Below are positions 28,978 through 37,737 of a DNA stretch of 64,000 nt, one piece after another. Source of the DNA: an uncultured delta proteobacterium (GTDB lineage: Bacteria > Myxococcota_A > UBA9160 > SMWR01); assembly GCA_963832165.1 (NCBI GenBank), contig CAWHTE010000011.1, positions 672,001-736,000 of the forward strand. The letters are read 5' to 3'. The position numbers and the translations under genes were made by a program. Every line of letters begins with the position of its first letter. Within the stretch, counting starts at the first letter, position 1. Below the pieces are notes generated by a model, which saw only the letters and a program-made list of their open reading frames with translations, was not told where the DNA came from and ran no database searches.

Positions 28978-29796
28978 TCACTTCTTGGAGCGCGGCGTCT
29001 CGGTCGCTCCCTGCGGCGCCCACGGCGGCGGCTTCTTCATCGAGAACGCATCCAGCCCGGCGAAGAAGTCGGGTCCGATGGCACTGCGGTAGTGCTCTTC
29101 CACTGCGAAACCGGGCAGATTGCGATGCATGACGCTCTTCGTCAGCTCACGAGCCGACGGCGACACCGTGCGCACGTCGTCGACGTACTGAAGCACCTGT
29201 GCGTCGAGATCGTCGAGTTCGCAGACTCGATTGATCACGCCCATCGCGAGCAGCTCCTCGGCGGGCACGGCTCGCGCGGTGAAGATGAGGTCTTTGGCGC
29301 GTGCGAGGCCGATGCGCGGAACCAGCCGCACCGCGCTCACAGTGTCGGCGACGCCCCACTTTCCCGGTGCGATCGAGAGCTTCGCCCCGCGCGCCGCAAT
29401 CACCATGTCGCAGAGCAGCACGAGCACCGCGCCGGCGCCGTAGGCGCTGCCGTTCATCGCGCAGATCACCGTCTTCGGACACGACTCGATCGCAAAGAAC
29501 GCGGGGTAGTCGCCGTGGACGTGCTCGTACATGACGGTGGCCAGGCGCTCGGAGAATCCCTTCTTCGCGAGGTCGATCAGCTCCTGCCCTTCGCCGAGGT
29601 TTCCACCGGCGCTGAACATGCGGCCGCTGCTGCGGAACACGACGACACTGCGCTCCTCGTCGAAGCGGGCCCGGATGAACGCTTCCGTGAGGAGCTGGAA
29701 CACCTCCTCGTCGATCAGGTTCATCGTGTCGGGGCGGTTCAGCGTGATCCAGATCGCCTCCGGTGTCGTCTCGTAGAGGACGGGTAGCTCGCTCAC
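28978..29796 (-). CDS. Enoyl-CoA hydratase/isomerase family protein
   Basis: ITLNRP, FSAGGNL, PKTVICAMNGSAYGAG, RAKDLIFTA. Confidence 0.9.
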   Translation of the reverse strand: MSELPVLYETTPEAIWITLNRPDTMNLIDEEVFQLLTEAFIRARFDEERSVVVFRSSGRMFSAGGNLGEGQELIDLAKKGFSERLATVMYEHVHGDYPAFFAIESCPKTVICAMNGSAYGAGAVLVLLCDMVIAARGAKLSIAPGKWGVADTVSAVRLVPRIGLARAKDLIFTARAVPAEELLAMGVINRVCELDDLDAQVLQYVDDVRTVSPSARELTKSVMHRNLPGFAVEEHYRSAIGPDFFAGLDAFSMKKPPPWAPQGATETPRSKK

Positions 29797-29830
29797 GGGG
29801 CCCTCCCTTCGCTCGCATCTTATCGTTAAA

Positions 29831-31807
29831 TCAGCGCACGGTAAACGCGGATGCGCGATCCGGCAGCGCGAACGCGATCAGCGCATCGCCGGGCTCCGAC
29901 CACAAGTCGCCGCCCGCCGCGACCACGAGGTACTGGCGGCCGTCGCGGCGCAGCCGGTAGGTGGCCGGGCTCGCATTCGCCGTGTAAGGGAGTCGGTGCG
30001 ACCAGACCTCCTCGCCGGTCTCGGCATCGAACGCGCGCAGGTACTTGTCCGTGGTCGCGCCGATGAAGACGAGGCCGCTCGCCGTGAGCACGCCCGCCCC
30101 CGAGATTCGGGGTGCCGAGCCGGAGCCAGAACGGAAACGGCGCCTGGTCGCGTGTGGTCCCGAGCGCCGTCTGCCAGCGCACCGCCCCGGTCCGCAGATC
30201 CGCCGACACGAGCGCACCCCAGGGCGGGGGCGTACACGGTGCGCCGAGCGGCGAGAGCAGCGGGCCGCGCCGCATGCCATAGGGAGTGCCGGCCATCGCG
30301 TTGTACTCGATCGGTGCGCTCGCGTCGCCCATCCGGAACGCTTCGACGTCGAACGCCTCGCGCGGGATCAGGTGCACGCCCACGGCCCAACGGTTGATAT
30401 TTACGTAGAGCCTCGCCGTCGCGGGATCGACCATGACCCCGCCCCAGTTCGCGCCGCCTCCGGGCCCCGGAAAGTGGACGGAGCCCTCGAGGGTAGGAGG
30501 GGTGTACATGCCCTCTGACCGCAGCCCGGTGATCTGGTCGCGACACTTTACGCGGTCCCAGAACGTGAAGCCCCAGGCATCGTCGACGCCAAACGACATC
30601 GAATGCAGCGGCGGCGGGTGCGTGGGGATGGGCTGCGTCGGCGACAGCGTCTCGCCTGGGCACGCCGTCGACGGGCACCGCGCGCTCCTCGATTGGGAAC
30701 AGCGGCTCGCCGGTCTCGCGGTGCAGCACGAAGACGTGTCCGAGCTTCGTAGCCTGTGCGAGCGCGGGAACCACGCTGCCATCCGCCCTTCGTAGCTCGA
30801 AGAGCGAGGGTTGCGAGCCCACGTCGTAGTCCCAGACTCGTGGCGCACGGTCTGGAAGTGCCACACGAGCTCGCCCGTGGACCCTCGCAGCGCAGCCACC
30901 AGCTCGAGTAGGCATCGAGCCCGTGCCGTGCGACCGCGAAGTAGTCGGGCGAAGCGTTGCCGGTGGGAACGAACACGAGGTCACGCGCTTCGTCTGCCGA
31001 CAAGATCGACCAAACGTTCGCCGTCCCGGCCGCCACCACGCGCCGTCGGCGCCGCGGGTCCAGGGCGGCAGCGACACGTCCGGGGGAACCGGATCCCACG
31101 CCCAGCGCACCGCGCCGGTGCGGGCATCGAAGGCTCGCACAACGCCACTCGGCGCATCGGCGCGAATGTTGTCGGCGACGAGCGCGCCCACGACGACGAG
31201 ATCGCGGACCACGAGCGGCGGCGGCGTCACGTAGTACTCCCAGATCGGCGCGTCCCCGAGGCCTTCGCGCAGTCGGACCACGCCGTGCTCTCCGAAGTCG
31301 TCGCAGAGCGACCCGGTCTCCGCGTCGAGCGCGATCAGCCGAGAGTCCGTGGTGCCCGTGAAGATCCGCCGCTGGGCAGGGCTTGCCGTCTTCGCGCCGT
31401 GGGTCCTCCCAGTGCGAGACGCCGCGGCAGATGAGCGGGTAGCGCACCCCGCTTCGACGGGTCCACTGCCGGGTCGAAGCTCCAACGCAGCGCGCCGGTC
31501 TCCGGATCGAGCGCGAACACGCGGTTGAACGGGGAGCAGATGTAGAGCGTGTCGTGCGTGATGATCGGCGTCGCCGTGAACGCGCTCGGATGCCGCTCGT
31601 CTCGCCCGTCCGACACATCGCCGTGTCGGAACGTCCACGCGATCTCGAGAGCGTCGACGTTCTCGCGCGTGATCTGCGTGAGCGGAGAGTACCTTTTCCC
31701 GCCGATGTCACGCCGTAGTGGGGCCAATCAGCGGTTGGTCCGGAGAGGTCGACGGGAGCCTCAGCCGTGCATCCCACCAGGAGCGCTGCGATCAGAACCG
31801 CCCGCAC
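29831..31807 (-). pseudogene. PQQ-dependent (quinoprotein glucose-type) dehydrogenase lipoprotein, about 8 frameshifts
   Basis: Pieces alternate across three frames: LLVGC lipobox, DWPHYG, RYSPLTQITRENV, GVVRAFDARTG, VWDYDVGSQP, GGANWGG, PCTPPPWG, TASGLVFIGATTD, GRQYLVVAAGG. Confidence 0.85.
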
Positions 31808-31824
31808 CGATCGGATGACCGATC

Positions 31825-32811
31825 TCAGCGGATCGCCATCGCGTTCGCGGGCGATCCCATTCCTCCCGGGATCCAGAGCGGAACAGCGACGAAGAAGAAG
31901 GACCAGCGCCGATCGGCCGCACAGGCGGCGTCGAGGTCTCGGAAGCAGAGGATCTCCCCGAACGGCAACCCGAGATTGCGCTGCATCGTGACGTGTGCGC
32001 TGTGCAGGTTGTCGGGCCGGAACGGCGCCACCTCGACCGCGAGATTGTCCGCCGCGACGGCCGACCAACGCTGTCGATGCGCGATCGCTGCGAAGTCGCT
32101 CGTGATGCCGGGGTTGAGCGGTGCGGCTCCACCCGGCGCCGGCTCCATCAGCTTGCGTCGCTGCTCGCGGTCGGCGTCGAGATACATCTCGGTCCAGCCG
32201 GTGCGGAAGCAGACGACGTCCCCGGGCAGAATCTCCACGTTCTGGTGGCGCAGGCAGGCTCGGAACTGCGATTCGTCGATCGCGTGGTCGACCGGCAGCG
32301 GATCGCTCGCACCACCCGCGAGCATGCGCGCGATATCGAGCAGCACGCCGCGCGCCGCGATGCCGCGCTGCGCGATCTTGTCGATTCCGCCGCGCCGGAC
32401 GAAACCGCTCTCGTCGATGTCGTCGGGCCCGAAGCCGTTGTAGAAAGCGCCGTCCACACCGGGCTCTCGACATCCGGCGTGAACGAACGAATCCCACTGC
32501 GAGGATCCCTGCGTGGCGAGCAGGATGTGATCGTCGTTGCAGATCATCCCCTCGAACTCCGCATTGTGCAGATGCGCGGTCTTCTGGAGTTCAGGGCGCA
32601 GGATCGTGCGGTCGGTCGGAAGGTCGACGGGAAGATTGAGCGGGTAGTGGCTGCCCAGGATCACCTGCGCCGCGCCGCGACGGACAACATCGGGCGTCTG
32701 ATAGTTCAGCGTGCCGAGCTCGTCCTCGTCGCCGAATACGCCCCAGTTCGAGAGCTTCGGGGAGCCGGGGCGAGGCGGCCTGAGCGAGAGCTGGGTGCGC
32801 GGCGCGGCCAC
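31825..32811 (-). CDS. Cyclase family protein (kynurenine formamidase-like metal hydrolase)
   Basis: NWGVFGDEDELGTLN, QGSSQWDSFVH, RGVLLD, FRTGW, GGMGSPAN. Confidence 0.88.
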   Translation of the reverse strand: MAAPRTQLSLRPPRPGSPKLSNWGVFGDEDELGTLNYQTPDVVRRGAAQVILGSHYPLNLPVDLPTDRTILRPELQKTAHLHNAEFEGMICNDDHILLATQGSSQWDSFVHAGCREPGVDGAFYNGFGPDDIDESGFVRRGGIDKIAQRGIAARGVLLDIARMLAGGASDPLPVDHAIDESQFRACLRHQNVEILPGDVVCFRTGWTEMYLDADREQRRKLMEPAPGGAAPLNPGITSDFAAIAHRQRWSAVAADNLAVEVAPFRPDNLHSAHVTMQRNLGLPFGEILCFRDLDAACAADRRWSFFFVAVPLWIPGGMGSPANAMAIR

Positions 32812-33974
32812 TAGCGCGGTCGACTCGAGGGCAGGTGTAGAGCGCGTCCCGCCACGATGTTACGTTGGATCTCGTTGGCTCCCCCGGCGATCGGGCAGAT
32901 GATCTCCGCGCGCCAATTGAGCTCGAAGCGCCCCCGCATCTGGGCGCCGGGCTCCTCGCGCTTGAGCAGACCGACCGGTCCGAGCATGTCGATCACCTGG
33001 TCGGCCAGGCGCAACCGGGTCTCGGTCGCGGCCACCTTGAGCATCGTCGCCTCGATCGTGGGTACCTCGTCGCGATGGAGGATCTCGAGCGCGTTGAGCA
33101 GGTGGCAGCGGACGCCCTCGGCGCGCACGGCGGTGCGCGCGATCAGCCGGCGGACGTCCTTGTCGTTCCAGCGCGCCTCGTCGGCGCGAGCCCAGGCGAT
33201 CAGCTCGTCGGTGTCGCGCAACAGCCCCGAGTACCCGAGACCCTGGAGCCGTTCGTAGTCGAGCGCCTCGACGATGTAGCTCCAGCCGCGATCGATTTCA
33301 CCGACGACGCGCGAGGCGGGCACGCGCACTTCGTTGAAGTAGATCATGTTGGTCTGGTGATCCCCCATCGTGTCGATGCGCTGGATCTCCATCCCAGGCG
33401 AGCGATTGTCGACCAGCATCAGCGTGATGCCGTCGTGACGCTTGGAACCGGGCTTCGTGCGACACGCGAGCCAGATGTAGTCGGCGAAATGCGCGCCGCT
33501 GGTCCACATCTTCTGCCCGTTGAGCACGAACTCGTCGCCGTCGCGGTCGGCGCGGAGCTCGAGCCCGGCGAGGTCCGAGCCCGCCTGCGGCTCGCTGTAG
33601 CCCAGCGCGATGCTGATCTCCGCGCGGATGATCCGCGGAAGGAACTCCCGTTTGATCGCCTCCGAGCCGTTGCGGATCAGCGTGCGCCCGATCATGCCGA
33701 TCTCGATGCACAGCGACGGCATGCGCGCGTACTCGAGCTCCTCCTGGAGCACGACGGAGAACACCTCCGGCAGGGCGTGGCCGCCGTATTCGACGGGCCA
33801 GCTCAGGCCGAGCCACTCCTTCGCGGCGAGCTTCTTCAGAAACGCAGCCTTCTCGGGCGTGTCGGGCTGCGGAAAGGGTCCCTGGTCGGGGATCACGGGG
33901 TCGAATTCCGCTTCGAGGAACGCGCGGACTTCTTCGCGGAACGCCTCGGCGTCGGGAGAGAGGGTGTAGGTCAC
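32811..33974 (-). CDS. Acyl-CoA dehydrogenase, catalytic subunit of a heteromeric pair
   Basis: GYSEPQAGSDLA, NGQKMWTS, LDYER, GGANEIQRNI. Confidence 0.92.
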   Translation of the reverse strand: MTYTLSPDAEAFREEVRAFLEAEFDPVIPDQGPFPQPDTPEKAAFLKKLAAKEWLGLSWPVEYGGHALPEVFSVVLQEELEYARMPSLCIEIGMIGRTLIRNGSEAIKREFLPRIIRAEISIALGYSEPQAGSDLAGLELRADRDGDEFVLNGQKMWTSGAHFADYIWLACRTKPGSKRHDGITLMLVDNRSPGMEIQRIDTMGDHQTNMIYFNEVRVPASRVVGEIDRGWSYIVEALDYERLQGLGYSGLLRDTDELIAWARADEARWNDKDVRRLIARTAVRAEGVRCHLLNALEILHRDEVPTIEATMLKVAATETRLRLADQVIDMLGPVGLLKREEPGAQMRGRFELNWRAEIICPIAGGANEIQRNIVAGRALHLPSSRPR

Positions 33975-35113
33975 GGCAGCTCCAAACCTCGGGTCGCCAT
34001 CGCCTCCGCATAGCGATCCCGCAGAAGCGGCGCGGTCCGCAGCTCTTCGGCCACCACCTCGAGATGCCTATCCGTCCCACCCCACGATAGCTGTGCCGCC
34101 TTGGCGCGGCGGCTGAAGTGATGGACGTGCATCTCGGTGGAGAAGCCGAGCCCGCCCCACGCCTGGTGACATCGGCGCGCCACTTCGACGAAGCCGTCGG
34201 ATGCGCGCACGAACGACATCGCTGCCAACAGCCGCGCGTACGGCGCGCGCTCGTCGAGCGCGATCGCGGCGCGGCGCGCCATCGATTCGCTCTCCGTCGC
34301 CGCGATCGCGCAATCGGCGAGGCTGTGCTGGACGGCCTGGAAGCTGCCGATCGGGACGCCGAACTGATGGCGCTGGCTGACGTAGGCGACCGTATCTTCG
34401 AGCAGCCTGCGCGCGGCACCCGCGCACCAGGCCGCCTGCATCGCGGCGGTGCGCGTGAGCGCGAAGTCGACGGATTCCCACCCGACGTCGAGCCGCTGCG
34501 CTGGCGCGTCCTCGAACACGATCTCCGCCCAGTGCGCGCCGGCGATCGACCACTGAGGCCGCACCCGAACTCCCGCCGCTCCCGCATCGACGAGCGCCAC
34601 CACGGTGTCGCGATTGCGGTCGAGCGCGGTCACGACGAATCGATCGGCAACCGACGCGGCTTCGACGAATCCCTTGCGGCCGCTGAGGCACGACCCGTTC
34701 CACTGCACGGCGTCCGACTCCGCGGACCATCTGCCGAGCGGATCGGCGAAGGCGAGCACGGGACGCGCATCCCCGGCCACCAACTGCGTCAGCAGCTCGC
34801 GGCTGGTCGAAGACCCCTCGTGCTCGAGCAGCGCGCCGACCGCCACCCCGACGGGAAGAACCGGGGCAGGGCAGAGGACTCGGCCCAGCTCCTCGCACAG
34901 CATGGCAAGGTCGGCGAGGCTCGCACCGGCACCCCCGACCGTCTCGGGCGCAGCCACACCGAGCCAGCCCAGGTCGGCGATCTCGCGCCAGAGCCCTGTA
35001 TCGTGACGCCCGGGATGAGCCTCGGATTCGGACAGCGATTGCAACGGGGTCCGCTGTTGCAGGAAATCGCGGGCCGTCTTGGTCAGAATCTGCTGAAACT
35101 CGCTCAGGATCAC
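33971..35113 (-). CDS. Acyl-CoA dehydrogenase family, partner subunit
   Basis: RHQFGVPIGSFQAVQH, HQAWGGLGF; lacks the SEP.AGSD motif. Confidence 0.88.
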   Translation of the reverse strand: MILSEFQQILTKTARDFLQQRTPLQSLSESEAHPGRHDTGLWREIADLGWLGVAAPETVGGAGASLADLAMLCEELGRVLCPAPVLPVGVAVGALLEHEGSSTSRELLTQLVAGDARPVLAFADPLGRWSAESDAVQWNGSCLSGRKGFVEAASVADRFVVTALDRNRDTVVALVDAGAAGVRVRPQWSIAGAHWAEIVFEDAPAQRLDVGWESVDFALTRTAAMQAAWCAGAARRLLEDTVAYVSQRHQFGVPIGSFQAVQHSLADCAIAATESESMARRAAIALDERAPYARLLAAMSFVRASDGFVEVARRCHQAWGGLGFSTEMHVHHFSRRAKAAQLSWGGTDRHLEVVAEELRTAPLLRDRYAEAMATRGLELP

Positions 35114-35458
35114 GGGCGACGTCCCCCGGCTGCGGGCGCGAATATCGTAGTCTTCAGGCTCGGAATTGTCGATCGCCCGCGAAGCGCGTCGGACTTCGCG
35201 CTCGTTCCTGCGGTTCCCTTTGGCGGCCCGGCGTCACCGGACGTTCCGGGCCGTTGTGGACGGATCAGCCTGCATTGTCAGCTTCAGTTCGAAATCGATT
35301 CGAGGTCCGGCTTCGCTGGGAGCACGCGACTTTCAAAGGGAAATTGGTGGCAAAAGCGTTACAGAGAGTTATTGAATCGTGATCTTTAGTGATGGTAGAG
35401 TACTAAAATATTCGGGTCGGATCGGGACCCGAACGGCGGACCGAAAGGTTGGAGAGCC

Positions 35459-36634
35459 GTGGATCTTCGATTCAGCGACGCCGAACGGGCTTTCCGCCGC
35501 GAGGTACGGGCCTGGTTCGAAGCCAACCTCGATCGCCCCTGGACCGCCGAGGTGCGCGACCCCGCGAACGACGCCGATCGCCTCGTCGAGATCCGGCGAA
35601 CCTTCCAGCGCAAGCTCTGCGATGCGGGCTATCTCGGTCTCGACTGGCCGCGACCCTTTGGAGGTCAGGGCCGATCGGTGGTGGATCGGGTCATCTTCCA
35701 GGAGGAGTTCGCGCGTGCCGACGCACCTCCCCTCCCGAACTTCATCGGCCTGCAGATCTTCGGTCCCGCGCTGATCCACCACGGCAACGATGCGCAGCGC
35801 GAGCGCTTCATTCCCCCGATGCTGCGCGCCGACGAGATCTGGTGTCAGGGGTTCAGCGAGCCCGGCGCGGGCAGCGACCTGGCCTCGCTCCGGTGCGCCG
35901 CGACGCCCGACGGTGATGACTATCGGATCACCGGCCAGAAGGTCTGGACCACGATGGGGCCGTGGGCGGACTGGACGTTCCTGCTCGCTCGCACCGATCC
36001 GAACGATCGCTATGGCGGCATCACGTTCTTTCTGCTGCCGCTCGATCAGCCCGGGGTCACGGTACGTCCGCTTCGCCAGCTCACCGGCGATGCCGAGTTC
36101 GGCGAGGTGTTCTTCGACGGAGCGCTCGCGCGGGGTGAACACATCGTGGGGCGCCCCGGCGAGGGGTGGAAGATCGCGAACACGGTGCTCACGTACGAGC
36201 GTGGGGTCTATGAGATCGAGGCGCCGACGCGCAACGACCGCCTGCTGGCCGACCTCGCGGCCGGACTGGGCGAGAGCGGCGCGCTCGCGCACACCGACGT
36301 CCGCCAGCGGCTCGCGCGGTTGGTCGTCGAGAACGAGGTCATCCGCGCCAGCGGCCTGCGCATCCTCGCCGGCCTCTCGCAGGGGGAGACGCCCGGCGAT
36401 GTGGCGTCGATCCAGAAGCTGAACTGGTCCGAGTACGCGCGCCGGCAGGGCGAGGCCGCGTTCGATCTGCTCGGCCCGCAGGCTCATCTCGCGACGCGAG
36501 CTCCCGGAGCGCGCGTCGCCGTCGACTGGGGCTACGAGCATTTGTTCTCGCTGTCGGGTCCGATCGCTGGCGGCTCGTCGGAGATCCAACGCAACATTCT
36601 CGCCAAGCGCGCGCTCGGGCTCCCCACGCGATAG
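35459..36634 (+). CDS. Acyl-CoA dehydrogenase, catalytic subunit of a heteromeric pair
   Basis: WCQGFSEPGAGSDLASL, GQKVWT, LTYERG, GGSSEIQRNI. Confidence 0.92.
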   Translation: MDLRFSDAERAFRREVRAWFEANLDRPWTAEVRDPANDADRLVEIRRTFQRKLCDAGYLGLDWPRPFGGQGRSVVDRVIFQEEFARADAPPLPNFIGLQIFGPALIHHGNDAQRERFIPPMLRADEIWCQGFSEPGAGSDLASLRCAATPDGDDYRITGQKVWTTMGPWADWTFLLARTDPNDRYGGITFFLLPLDQPGVTVRPLRQLTGDAEFGEVFFDGALARGEHIVGRPGEGWKIANTVLTYERGVYEIEAPTRNDRLLADLAAGLGESGALAHTDVRQRLARLVVENEVIRASGLRILAGLSQGETPGDVASIQKLNWSEYARRQGEAAFDLLGPQAHLATRAPGARVAVDWGYEHLFSLSGPIAGGSSEIQRNILAKRALGLPTR

Positions 36635-36648
36635 CTACGGAGGCAGAG

Positions 36649-37737
36649 GTGCGATTCCAGCTCGACAGCGAGCAGCTGCTCTTCCAGCGATCGGTGCGCG
36701 AGCTCCTCGCGAAGGAGGCCCCGCTCGAACAGTCGCGCGGCCTGATGGAGAGCCGGGGCAGCAGCCATTCGGCCGCGCTGTACAGCCAGCTCGGCGAGCT
36801 CGGATATCTCGGGATCGCCGTGCCCGAGGAGCAGGGAGGGGCGGGCGCCGGCAGCGTGGCGCTCGTCGCGGTGCTGGAAGAGATGGGACGAGTCGCACTG
36901 CCGGGACCGATCCTCGACCTGCTCGAAGCGATCGAGATCCTCCGAGCGCTTCCGTCGCAGGAGGCGCGAAGGTGGCGCGACCGCGCGATCGCGGGCGAGG
37001 CGCTCGTGTGTGTCGCGCGCCGCGAGCACGCTTGGTCCGGGGACGCTACCGCCGTCGCCACGCGCTTCGACCTCGCAACGCAACGCGTCCGCGGGCGCAA
37101 GCGCTTCGTCTCGTTCGGCGCGTTCGCCGATGCGCTGATCGCGACCACCGAGCGCGGGATCGCGATCGTGCCGCGACCCGATGCAGGCTGGAACGCCGCA
37201 GTGCTCGAGACGGTGGACCACGCCCAGCGGTTCGCCGACGTCGACTTGGACGCTCCTGCCGTGGAACTCGCTGCAGGAGAGCCCGCGCAACGCGCGCTGG
37301 ACGGCGGTGAGCGCCTCGCCGCACTGGGGTCTGCTGCGTTCATGCTCGGTATGATGGCGCGAGTCATCGAGCTCTCCACGGCCCATCTCAAGGAGCGAAC
37401 GGCCTTCGGCATGCCGCTCGGCAGCTTCCAGGCGCTGCAGCACCGAGCGGCCGACATGCTGCTTCTCGCCGAAAACACGCGAGCCGCCGTCTACCGCGCG
37501 GCGTGGAGCTGTGACCACGAACCCGAGGAATCGGCGCTCCAGGTGGCCGCCGCGAAGGCGTATGCGGCAGATGCGGCCCGCTTCGTGTGTCGCGAGGGCA
37601 TCCAGCTCTTCGGCGGCGTGGGATTCACCTGGGAATACGACCTCCACATTTACTACAAGCGGACCAAGACGCTGGAAGAGTTCTACGGGAGCACTCGCGA
37701 TCAGCTGGAACATGTGTTGCGCGCGAAGGGGCTCTAG
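36649..37737 (+). CDS. Acyl-CoA dehydrogenase family, partner subunit
   Basis: FGMPLGSFQALQH, IQLFGGVGFTWEYDLH. Confidence 0.9.
   Translation: MRFQLDSEQLLFQRSVRELLAKEAPLEQSRGLMESRGSSHSAALYSQLGELGYLGIAVPEEQGGAGAGSVALVAVLEEMGRVALPGPILDLLEAIEILRALPSQEARRWRDRAIAGEALVCVARREHAWSGDATAVATRFDLATQRVRGRKRFVSFGAFADALIATTERGIAIVPRPDAGWNAAVLETVDHAQRFADVDLDAPAVELAAGEPAQRALDGGERLAALGSAAFMLGMMARVIELSTAHLKERTAFGMPLGSFQALQHRAADMLLLAENTRAAVYRAAWSCDHEPEESALQVAAAKAYAADAARFVCREGIQLFGGVGFTWEYDLHIYYKRTKTLEEFYGSTRDQLEHVLRAKGL

Noticed and set aside
35348..35363. Sigma54 promoter TGGCAAAAGCGTTAC
   Set aside because: The -12 element reads TTAC rather than TTGC, and no enhancer-binding protein is nearby
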